DNA of 64,000 bases from assembly GCA_014360685.1 (NCBI GenBank), contig JACIXB010000023.1, positions 9,825 through 73,824 of the forward strand. Direction: 5' to 3'. The DNA is from Actinomycetota bacterium (GTDB lineage Bacteria > Actinomycetota > Geothermincolia > Geothermincolales > RBG-13-55-18). The notes beneath the pieces were generated by a model that ran no database searches, was not told the DNA's origin, and worked only from the letters and a program-made list of their open reading frames with translations. A program made the position numbers and the translations under genes. This document shows, in pieces, positions 27,585 through 35,485 of the stretch; the stretch's first letter is position 1; every line of letters starts with the position of its first letter.

Positions 27585-28682
27585 GTGAAAGACAAAGGAC
27601 CCATCTACGTGGTGGGGGCGGGACTCGCGGGGCTTACCGCGGCCATCAACCTGGCCCGGCAGGGCAGGGAGGTTGTGGTCCTGGAGAAGGGGAAACGGGT
27701 CGGCGGGCTGGCCGTCTATAACCCCTCCCCGCACGGTACCCCCATGGATGCCGAGGCCATGTCCGGATACACGGGCATAGACCTGCTTCCGGCCATGGTT
27801 CCCCTGAAGGAAGGTGTGATCTCCATATGGGGGAAGAGGTACCGACAAAAGTTTCCCCGCAACGTGCAGGCCTGGATGATCGAAAGAGGGCCGCGAAAAT
27901 CGTCCATGGACCATTACCTTTATCGACTGGCGTTGGAGGAAGGGGTACGCTTCGAGTTCGACCAGCCCGTGGCGAGCGACCGACAGATCAACGAGTTGCC
28001 CCGCAATTCCATCCTCGCCACCGGCCTGCACGTGGACGGCTTCGAAGCCGCCAACGTCCCTTACCAGATCCTGCACGGCTATTTCGCCAAGTGCCGGGTT
28101 CCCTGGAAAGAAGCCCGGGTGACCATGTACTTCGACGACTACACGCCGGATTACGCCTTCACCTGTTCGGTTAACGGTATAGCCTTCGCCCTCATCTTCA
28201 ACCGCTACCGCCCGGTTGCCAGGTGGGAGATGGAGAAGTTCGCCGAGCAGGCGGTGGTCGAAGACGGGTATCCCTTCAGGAGATTCCAGGTCCTGGAAGG
28301 AGGTGCGGCCCCGGTTCGCCGTTTCACCAACCCCCGGCTTTTCCAAGGGGACATGATACTGGCCGGCACGGTGGCCGGGATGATGGACCCTGTCCTCTTC
28401 TTCGGGATGCACGGCGCCTTCCTCTCCGGGAAGATAGCGGCGCGGGCGGTGAACGATCCCGCCGGAGCTTATGACGAGTTCCGCCGGTTGAACGTGACCT
28501 TTTACCCGCTGCTGGCCGCCAAGCGCCTATTGGATATAAGCCCCCGTGACCTGGCCATAAAATATCCGGCCCGCCTTGCCATGCGTCTCATGCCCCTTTT
28601 TGGCCCCCTGCTCATGCGCCAGGCCTTCAAGGTGAACGTGACCGGATACGGCCGGTTAAAGGGGTCAGGTCTTGAATTTTGA
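27585..28682 (+). CDS. GGR-like FAD-dependent oxidoreductase, paralogue P3. The last 5 codons and the stop lie inside the MITE-like element.
   Basis: IYVVGAGLAGLTAAINLARQGREVVVLE..VGG, ERGPRKSSMDHYLYRLALEEGVRFEF, and RLFQGDMILAGTVAGMMDPVLFFGMHGAFLSGKIAARAVND. Confidence 0.8.
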   Translation: MKDKGPIYVVGAGLAGLTAAINLARQGREVVVLEKGKRVGGLAVYNPSPHGTPMDAEAMSGYTGIDLLPAMVPLKEGVISIWGKRYRQKFPRNVQAWMIERGPRKSSMDHYLYRLALEEGVRFEFDQPVASDRQINELPRNSILATGLHVDGFEAANVPYQILHGYFAKCRVPWKEARVTMYFDDYTPDYAFTCSVNGIAFALIFNRYRPVARWEMEKFAEQAVVEDGYPFRRFQVLEGGAAPVRRFTNPRLFQGDMILAGTVAGMMDPVLFFGMHGAFLSGKIAARAVNDPAGAYDEFRRLNVTFYPLLAAKRLLDISPRDLAIKYPARLAMRLMPLFGPLLMRQAFKVNVTGYGRLKGSGLEF

Positions 28683-28769
28683 TACATCCGAGTACCGAAA
28701 AAATCGATGTCCGATTCCTCCCTTCTCGAAAGGACACAAGGCATCCCGGTATCAAAATCCAAGACCTGA
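28665..28769 (+). mobile_element. MITE-like palindromic element, copy 1 (105 bp, 21-bp TIRs)
   Basis: Left TIR tcaggtcttgaattttgatac (28665..28685). Right TIR gtatcaaaatccaagacctga (28749..28769). The two are reverse complements with 1 mismatch. A homologous copy lies at 35379..35485. Confidence 0.7.
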
Positions 28770-28830
28770 TCTCATGTCTCCTGGACGATCGGTATCCCGT
28801 CGCCCGCACCTTGTCCGTCGCCTGCTTCCC

Positions 28831-29334
28831 TCAGGCCCCGCCGCATTCCCGCATGACCCGGCGGGCGAAGGCCCTGGCCTTCTCCAGGCGGGACTCGTCC
28901 GGTTGGCCCTTGGTGTGCGGACCGTACTCGGCGAACTGGCGGTGCCGCGGGTTGTCGCTCTTGGCCAGGAGCTCGATTATCGACTGGGCGAGTTCCCCCT
29001 GGCAGTCGAACATGCCCACCAGGTCGGCCTCGCACAGGCAGGCCCTGCAGTTTTCCAGGTACCGCCTCGTTTCCTCCTGGTCCTCGGGGGCGGCATGGGT
29101 GACGAAAACGGCGATCTTCTTTCCCTTGCCTTTTTCTTCCAGGAAAGCCTTGGCCTCCGCCGCCGGGTTGGAGGCGTGGATGGGGAAGCCTATGAAGGCC
29201 AGGTCGTATCCCTCCAGGCTCTCCACTTCCGAGAGGGGCTTGATCTCCTTTTCCGCCTCCAGCTGATCATAGATGGCTTCCGCCACCCGCTTGGTGTTTC
29301 CGGTCTGGGACAGGTAGGCTACCAGGATCTTCAT
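28831..29334 (-). CDS. Flavodoxin-family protein
   Basis: MKILVAYLSQTGNTKRVAEAIYDQL FMN-binding N-terminus. ggaggt RBS 6 nt before the ATG at 29334. Confidence 0.8.
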   Translation of the reverse strand: MKILVAYLSQTGNTKRVAEAIYDQLEAEKEIKPLSEVESLEGYDLAFIGFPIHASNPAAEAKAFLEEKGKGKKIAVFVTHAAPEDQEETRRYLENCRACLCEADLVGMFDCQGELAQSIIELLAKSDNPRHRQFAEYGPHTKGQPDESRLEKARAFARRVMRECGGA

Positions 29335-29742
29335 GGCCACACCTCCGGAAGTTGAATCTTTGCGCCCGTCTTTTGACCGGCGCCCGCCCACATGAGGAAT
29401 TGTAACAGAAAGGGAGAAATCACACCGACGTGGAGGGCGGGACCTACCGCGCCCTCGACTTCACGGGAGTGGCCGGTATGTTCGGGCACCCCTTCTTTTC
29501 CCCCCGGCGGGGAACGGCTCCTGTACACCCGGCGTCCTTGGGTCCCTACGGCGAAAGACTTGGTCACGGGTTGAAAGCGGCGGTCACCGGGGAAAACAGG
29601 CCGTGGAAGTGGCCGTGTGCACCAACAAGCGCCTGGAAAGCCCCCTGGTGATCATGAGGAAGGGGCCTCGGGGCTGGGAAGGGGCGGATATGGGCACGTG
29701 CATAGATCCGCCGTCATGGCACCCACCCTTACTGGATTGGAT

Positions 29743-31236
29743 TCACTTAATACCGCACAGGTGGAGCGCCGATTCCAGGGCCTCGGAGCGGTGTGGCTGG
29801 GTGCGCGAGAACTCCAGGAGGCTCATCTTGCAGGCCTGCCCGGAACCTCCCCCATGGGTGGCGGAATGGAGGATGGATCCCAATCCCCAGGAGATGTTCT
29901 CTATCAGCCGGACCATGCGCAGGCGGTGTTCCGCGGGCACGTCGTCCACGCCCTTCAGGAACCGTTCCATCCAGTGGGAGATCTCCGGGTTCTTCATCTC
30001 CTTCTCCCCGGGGCAGCAGGACAGGATGCCGCCGGTGATATCCTCGGCCAGGCGTATGAGGTCGAAGACGGCCCGCGAGGCGTAATACTTCGTGTTGTTG
30101 GCCAGCACCGGGTCGGCCACGTAACCCGCTCCCGGGAGCTGGAAACCGCGCATGGCGGCGGCAAGCCCGCAGGAATACATGGTCTCGGAGATGGCTACCA
30201 TGTCCGCCAGCTTATCCTGCACGTGGGCCGACCTCTCCAGCCCGTTGTAGCGGGCCATGAGTTGGGTGGCGGCGATGAGAACGTCAGCCCATCCCGATTT
30301 GCATCCCCCGGTGGTGGGGCGATGGGAGGTGCCGAAGAGGTTCACCAGTTCCCCCAGGTACTCCACTTCCCCGCAGAGAAAGACCCTTTCCCAAGGCACG
30401 AAGACATCATCGAAGATCACGATGCATTCATGCACCCCGTAGTAAATATTTCCCAGGTCCATCTCCGCTCCTTCCTTCCTGCGGTCGTCCTGGGACTGCC
30501 GCACGGAGATGTGGACCAGACCGGGGGCATCGGCCGGCACGGCACAGGCCACGGCGTAGTCCTCGGCGCCGGCGCGGTGGGTGGTGCAGGGAAGGACCAG
30601 CTTTTCGTGGGAGAATGCGGCTCCCGTCTGGTGCAGCTTGGCCCCGCGGATCACGATTCCCTCCCGGTTCCTGTCCACGACCCTGAGGTACATGTCCGGG
30701 TCGGGTTGTTCCTGGGCGGGGATCTTCCTCCCTCCCTTGGGATCGGTTATGGCCGGGCAGGCCAGAAGATCGTTGCGCTGCATGTAGATTATCCATTCGC
30801 GCAAGCGCGAGTGGTAGGACGTCCCCTTCTCCAAATCGATCTTTCGGGTGATGTACAGCAGGGGGGCATAGGCGTTCTGGATGCAGCGGAAGGAACATAT
30901 CCCCAACCTGCGGTTCATGTAGCGCGTGATGTTCACCTTGGCCACCAGCTGGTCCACGCTCTGCGGGACGTGTTGGAAGAAGGAAACGGGCTCCCCGGTG
31001 AGATGGGATTCAACCGTCAGGCGGTCGGCGAGCTCCGGCTCGTGGACCATGTCGTAGGTGGCGGCCACGGCGTGGGCAGCCGCCCGCACCGCGGGGTGCT
31101 CCAGGGCGTTGTCCAGCCGCCTCCCGTCGATGTAGATGGGGATGGACATTTCCTCGATGCTCTTCAGGTATTCGGCCCCGGTCTTCAATTCCTCCTCCCT
31201 CCCAAGGTTTTCCTTCTTCTTGCTGACGGCGTGCAA
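29743..31236 (-). CDS. abfD: 4-hydroxybutyryl-CoA dehydratase / vinylacetyl-CoA isomerase-like protein (AbfD/HpaB family)
   Basis: ITDPKGGRK..DPDMYLRVVDRNREGIVIRGAKLHQTGA is conserved. The cluster-ligand pattern CSFRC (C-x3-C) plus HRPTTGGC (H-x6-C) matches the clostridial enzyme. The C-terminus ...GIK also matches. The start may be a TTG at 31188. Confidence 0.75.
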   Translation of the reverse strand: MHAVSKKKENLGREEELKTGAEYLKSIEEMSIPIYIDGRRLDNALEHPAVRAAAHAVAATYDMVHEPELADRLTVESHLTGEPVSFFQHVPQSVDQLVAKVNITRYMNRRLGICSFRCIQNAYAPLLYITRKIDLEKGTSYHSRLREWIIYMQRNDLLACPAITDPKGGRKIPAQEQPDPDMYLRVVDRNREGIVIRGAKLHQTGAAFSHEKLVLPCTTHRAGAEDYAVACAVPADAPGLVHISVRQSQDDRRKEGAEMDLGNIYYGVHECIVIFDDVFVPWERVFLCGEVEYLGELVNLFGTSHRPTTGGCKSGWADVLIAATQLMARYNGLERSAHVQDKLADMVAISETMYSCGLAAAMRGFQLPGAGYVADPVLANNTKYYASRAVFDLIRLAEDITGGILSCCPGEKEMKNPEISHWMERFLKGVDDVPAEHRLRMVRLIENISWGLGSILHSATHGGGSGQACKMSLLEFSRTQPHRSEALESALHLCGIK

Positions 31237-31303
31237 CGGCGTCGGTGAGTTCGTCGAAAACGACTACCGGGCCGCGAAAAAAACCACGGCCACGATAAAG
31301 TGA

Positions 31304-31978
31304 TCATCGTGAGCGAACCCCTCCCGGACTTCCGGGCCCATTGGTCCGCGCCTTATCGCCCTCGGGCGAGTTTCCCGGAACGCGCCTTTTCCCGGGGGTG
31401 CGGCTGTTGTCCTCCCGTTTCCGGCACCCCTCCAGGACCAGGCCGGAGAAGACCTCGGCGATCTCCCCGGTGGAGCGCTCTCCGGCCGGGTCGTACCAGG
31501 AGGAGAGCCAGTTGCACATCCCGGAAACGGCCCGGGCCACCATGGGTACGTCCATCTCACGGAAGGAACCCTCCCGCATGCCTTCCTCCAGGACGCCCCG
31601 GAGCACGGTCTCGTATTCCCGGCTCAATGCGCGCACCTTTCTCCTCCGACGCGGGGGGAGCTCGCCCTCGTCGGCCAGGTAAACGTTGGTGATGTCGCCG
31701 TGCCTTGCGAACATGTCCAGGTGCAGCGCGATGAGGCGGCGCAGTTTCTCCTCAGCGGGGAGAGGAGAACTCTCGATCTCCCGCGCCCCGTCGAGCAGCT
31801 CCGTCACCGCCGATTCGCAGATGGCGTAGAGCAGGTCGTACTTGGAATCGATGTAGTGGTAGAGGGCCGGCTTGGTGATCCTCAGCCGGCGGGCGATTTC
31901 CTCCAGGGAGGTCCTCCGAAAGCCTTTCTCCCGAAAAAGCCGGGCGGCAACGGCTCGGATTTCCTCTTGGCGGGTCAC
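31304..31978 (-). CDS. TetR/AcrR-family transcriptional regulator
   Basis: N-terminal HTH FRRTSLEEIARRLRITKPALYHYIDSKYDLL. GTG start with ggagg upstream. Confidence 0.85.
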   Translation of the reverse strand: MTRQEEIRAVAARLFREKGFRRTSLEEIARRLRITKPALYHYIDSKYDLLYAICESAVTELLDGAREIESSPLPAEEKLRRLIALHLDMFARHGDITNVYLADEGELPPRRRRKVRALSREYETVLRGVLEEGMREGSFREMDVPMVARAVSGMCNWLSSWYDPAGERSTGEIAEVFSGLVLEGCRKREDNSRTPGKRRVPGNSPEGDKARTNGPGSPGGVRSR

Positions 31979-32002
31979 TTTCCCGAACCTCCAAACTAAT
32001 AT

Positions 32003-32054
32003 CTTACTTACCAGTAGGTAAGCCGATTGTAAAACGATTTATCTCCATAGTCAA
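32003..32054 (-). promoter_or_regulatory. Promoter (TTGACT-17-TACAAT, minus strand) followed immediately by a 20-bp palindromic operator candidate
   Basis: On the minus strand, ttgact is at 32054..32049 and tacaat at 32031..32026. The palindrome cttacttacc|agtaggtaag at 32003..32022 has 8/10 arm matches. It starts 3 nt after the -10 box and lies 25 nt before the TetR GTG. Confidence 0.6.
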
Positions 32055-32436
32055 GCATGCTCGGAGTTTTTGATTGACGATAACCGCTTCGGCCGCGAGT
32101 GGAATGATCATGGCCGCGGGAAGAATAAGAGCGACCCCGGGGCCCTTTCCTCCTTACCGGGTTGCTCAGAGGCCAGGCCAGGCCGTGGAGAAGTGTTTGG
32201 TTGCCAGATGGGGGAGGCCGGAGGCTGGGAACTGATGACCGTCAAGGCGGCGGGATACGGAAAAAGGGAAAATGGTCCTTGATAGAGGAGATATAAAGTG
32301 ATGCCGGTCCGAGGAGGCACGGTTCCGGGGAGTGACGATCGTGGAACCACGGGCGGACGGTTTACCGAGAATGTAAGAACGTTCGTGCCGTGCCGCCGGT
32401 AAATAAGGCTGATGTCACCGGGTAGGAGGTCAAGGC

Positions 32437-33477
32437 TTGGGCGGGTTGGAAGACACGAGGAAGCCCGAGGCGGAAGGCGCGGAACCCCGGCTGGGAAGAA
32501 GGGAATTCCTGGAAAAGCTTGGGATGGGCCTTGTGGGGCTGGGAGGGCTTTACGCAGCCATGGCACTTCCCGGTTGCGGGGGCGGAAGCCCGGGCACCTG
32601 CCCTACGGAAGGGGGCACGGCTGCGGAGGCGGGTGATATACCAGCCCCCGCAGAGGGAGCGGGGATCTACCGGGGGCTGGTGGTGGCGGAGGGTAAGGAC
32701 CCCCGGACGACGCTCAGGTTGGGCTTGCACGAGTGGGGCGGCCTGGAAGCCCTGGAACCGACGGGCAAGAAAGTGCTCCTCAAGGTGAACGCCGCGTTCG
32801 CGCGGTCTCCGGAGGACGCCGCCACCACCCACCCGGACCTGGTCTCGGAGGCGGTGCGCCTTTTCCTTTCGGCGGGAGCGTCCGAGGTGGTGGTATACGA
32901 CCACATCCTGCAGGACCTCGTGGAGCCCACCCTGGAAAAAAACGGTATAGGACCGGCGGCGAGGGAGGCGGGGGCGAGGCTTGCCGTTTACGCAGTGAAA
33001 AAACCCGGTCCTTCCCGGATCGTCCAGGTTCCAGGAGGAAAGGCTCTTTCCTCCATAGGCATACTGGAGGAGGTCTTCCAAGCCGACATAATCGTCAACA
33101 TGCCCAAGGCCAAGCACCACAGCGGAGCGGGACTCACCCTGGCCATGAAGAACCTCATCGGCTGCACCCAGAACATGGGTAGGATGCACGACGTGGACCT
33201 GCACCGCGCCATCGCCGAGCTCAATGCCCTTATCCGCCCCTCCTTGATAATACTTGACGCCACCAGCGTATTGTTGGATAACGGCCCCGGTGGGCCGGGA
33301 ACCGTCGCCCGTCCGCAAAAGATAATCCTGGGCACAGACCCGGTGGCCGTGGACGCCTACGCCTGCGGCCTCTTCGACAGGTCGCCCAAGAAGATCCGCT
33401 ATCTCTCCCACGGGGAGGAACTGGGGGTGGGCACCATCGATTACCACTCCCTGGGCGTGAAGGAGGTAGAGGCTTGA
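32437..33477 (+). CDS. DUF362-domain protein with Tat signal and lipobox (predicted exported lipoprotein)
   Basis: GRREFLEKLGMGLVGLGGLYAAMALPGCGG (twin-arginine plus LPGC). The core KVLLKVNAAFARSPEDAATTHPDLVSEAVRLFLSAGASEVVVYD is typical of DUF362. TTG start with aggagg 7 nt upstream. Confidence 0.7.
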   Translation: MGGLEDTRKPEAEGAEPRLGRREFLEKLGMGLVGLGGLYAAMALPGCGGGSPGTCPTEGGTAAEAGDIPAPAEGAGIYRGLVVAEGKDPRTTLRLGLHEWGGLEALEPTGKKVLLKVNAAFARSPEDAATTHPDLVSEAVRLFLSAGASEVVVYDHILQDLVEPTLEKNGIGPAAREAGARLAVYAVKKPGPSRIVQVPGGKALSSIGILEEVFQADIIVNMPKAKHHSGAGLTLAMKNLIGCTQNMGRMHDVDLHRAIAELNALIRPSLIILDATSVLLDNGPGGPGTVARPQKIILGTDPVAVDAYACGLFDRSPKKIRYLSHGEELGVGTIDYHSLGVKEVEA

Positions 33478-33677
33478 CCTTTTTGCTTGGGGATAAGCGG
33501 CGGGGCACGGGCTGGGCCTCGTGCGTAGTCAACGCCCGGATGATAGGTGGAGCATGGATGACGCTCTCGAGAGAATGGCCTCCTGGAGCCGGTCTGCGAA
33601 GGGTGTCCGGAAACTTTTAGGCGTCCCGATACGGGCGGGGCCCCGTCGAGAAAACAAGAAAGGTCAGTGGAAGAAAA

Positions 33678-34661
33678 ATGGGCGACAGGCGCGCGGGAAA
33701 TAAGAAACGACGCGCTCTCTCCTGGATCCGGAAGGCGGTTCAGGCCGTTTTCCTGTCCCTCTTCGTGATCCTGGCCTGGTCAGCCTCCTATCCCCCAGGG
33801 GCCTTGAACGAGAACCTCTTCCTGCGCCTCGATCCCCTGGCCGCCTTCGTGGCCGCCTCCTGGAGCGGGCTGTGGGTTTACCTTCTCCCCGCCTGGCTCC
33901 TGCTCCTGGCCACAGCCTTCAGCGGGCGGTTCTTCTGCGGCTGGGTTTGCCCCCTGGGCACGGTATTGGAATGGGTGCCCTCCCGGCGCGGAAGGCGGCG
34001 GAGGAGGAAATTCTCGGAACTGCGGGTAGTGGACTTGACCGGAAAGGAGATAGGGGAGGGGGAGAGGAGGGTCCGATTAAAGTACGCCTTCCTGGTCCTA
34101 TTCATCGCCCTTTCTTTGGCGGGCGTCAACCTGGCTTGGGCCTACGACCCATTGGTCATCGCCAACCGGACCCTGGCCTTCCTCTTCTCCGGCGGTATCC
34201 CGTTTCTCTTCCTGGTGCTGCTCCTCCTGGCGGTCATCGCCGGCCCCCGCTTCTGGTGCCGGGAGATGTGCCCGCTGGGAGCCTGCCTGTCCCTCACCGG
34301 CATGCTCGGATCCAGGCTTCCCGCGGATGCCAGCCCGCTCTCCCTGGTCAAGGAGGAAGAATCGTGCATCCACTGCGGGAGGTGTTCCCTGGCATGTCCT
34401 TTCGAGATAACCGAGGTGGCTGACTCGCGGCATACTGGCAGGCTGGCCATCCCGGACTGCGCTCTGTGCGGGGAATGCGTTGCTTCCTGCCCGTGCGAGG
34501 GCGCCCTGTCCCTGCGCTCCTTCGGGCTCGTCCTCTCCTCGTCCGGGACGAGGAAGGGCGGAGACACGGCGATCCGGGACGCGGGGAAGGAGGAAGGCAA
34601 TGTCATTACCCATCCGCGGCGGATGAGAGACGGAAGTCCCGGCTCGGGGGTGGCCCCGTAA
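33678..34661 (+). CDS. NapH/MauN-family polytopic membrane Fe-S protein
   Basis: FCGWVCPLGT and FWCREMCPLGA membrane CxxxCP motifs between hydrophobic helices. C-terminal CIHCGRCSLACP and CALCGECVASCP. Confidence 0.75.
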   Translation: MGDRRAGNKKRRALSWIRKAVQAVFLSLFVILAWSASYPPGALNENLFLRLDPLAAFVAASWSGLWVYLLPAWLLLLATAFSGRFFCGWVCPLGTVLEWVPSRRGRRRRRKFSELRVVDLTGKEIGEGERRVRLKYAFLVLFIALSLAGVNLAWAYDPLVIANRTLAFLFSGGIPFLFLVLLLLAVIAGPRFWCREMCPLGACLSLTGMLGSRLPADASPLSLVKEEESCIHCGRCSLACPFEITEVADSRHTGRLAIPDCALCGECVASCPCEGALSLRSFGLVLSSSGTRKGGDTAIRDAGKEEGNVITHPRRMRDGSPGSGVAP

Positions 34662-34804
34662 CCGGTTCCATGATTAGGAAGATTTTACCTCATGGGTCAC
34701 GGCGGCAGGCGACGGGGAAAGCGGTGGGGGAACGCGCGGTCAGGGACTGTGCGGCCCCCAAAGGCACTCGATCTTACCCGGCGCATAGAGGAGGTCTTGG
34801 AGAA

Positions 34805-35389
34805 ATGTGGAAGCTGAGGTTGGCGCGGCGGGAGTTCCTGGCCTGGAGCCTTGCCGGGGCGGCCACCGCCATCACCTACGGGCTGTGGCCACGTGATTCT
34901 GGCGCTTCGCCGCTGCTCAGGCCCCCGGGAGCGCAGGACGAGGAGGATTTCGTGTCCCGCTGCCTGCGCTGCCAGGAATGCGTGCGCGCCTGCATGACCG
35001 GGTGCCTGGAACCGGCGGGAAGGGAATTCGGGGCGGGCAAGATCTGGACCCCCCGTTTCAATCCTTCACTGGCCAAGTGCGAGTTCGAGCTCTGCGGCCG
35101 GGCCTGCGCCCGCGCCTGCCCCGTGGGGGCCATCCGTCGTCCGGGAGACGAGGAGGTGCGCATCGGGACAGCGTCCGTGGACAGGAAGAAGTGCATCGCC
35201 TGGAACGAGGGCAAGGACTGCCTGGTCTGCTACGAGCGCTGTTCCTACGGGGCCATCGAGCCCGATTCCAGGGGCAGACCCCGTGTGAAGTCCAAACGGT
35301 GTACGGGTTGCGGAGCCTGCCAGAACACCTGCGTGACCTGCCCCGACCCGGCCATCGTGGTCTATCCGATAAAAGGGGACAGGTCTTGA
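34805..35389 (+). CDS. Tat-exported poly-[4Fe-4S] ferredoxin (NapG/MauM-like). The last 3 codons and the stop lie inside the MITE-like element.
   Basis: MWKLRLARREFLAWSLAGAATA twin-arginine signal. Four Cys clusters: CLRCQECVRAC, CGRACARACP, CLVCYERC and CTGCGACQNTC. ATG at 34805 has gaggagg upstream. The longer ORF from 34466 overlaps the NapH-like gene. Confidence 0.75.
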   Translation: MWKLRLARREFLAWSLAGAATAITYGLWPRDSGASPLLRPPGAQDEEDFVSRCLRCQECVRACMTGCLEPAGREFGAGKIWTPRFNPSLAKCEFELCGRACARACPVGAIRRPGDEEVRIGTASVDRKKCIAWNEGKDCLVCYERCSYGAIEPDSRGRPRVKSKRCTGCGACQNTCVTCPDPAIVVYPIKGDRS

Positions 35390-35485
35390 ATTTTGATACA
35401 CCCGAGTGCCGAGTCGTTTAAACCGGGTGCCTTGCCCTTGACGATTTGGATACATGACATCCGAGTATCAAAATTCAAGACCTGA
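35379..35485 (+). mobile_element. MITE-like palindromic element, copy 2 (107 bp, perfect 20-bp TIRs)
   Basis: caggtcttgaattttgatac (35380..35399) and gtatcaaaattcaagacctg (35465..35484) are perfect reverse complements. Subterminal ...acccgagtgccga and catccgagtatc match copy 1. Confidence 0.7.

Noticed and set aside
34466-34804. N-terminal 113-codon extension of the NapG-like ORF
   Set aside because: It overlaps the NapH-like gene by ~200 nt in another frame and looks like noise. The ATG at 34805 has a strong RBS and gives a canonical twin-arginine signal at the N-terminus.
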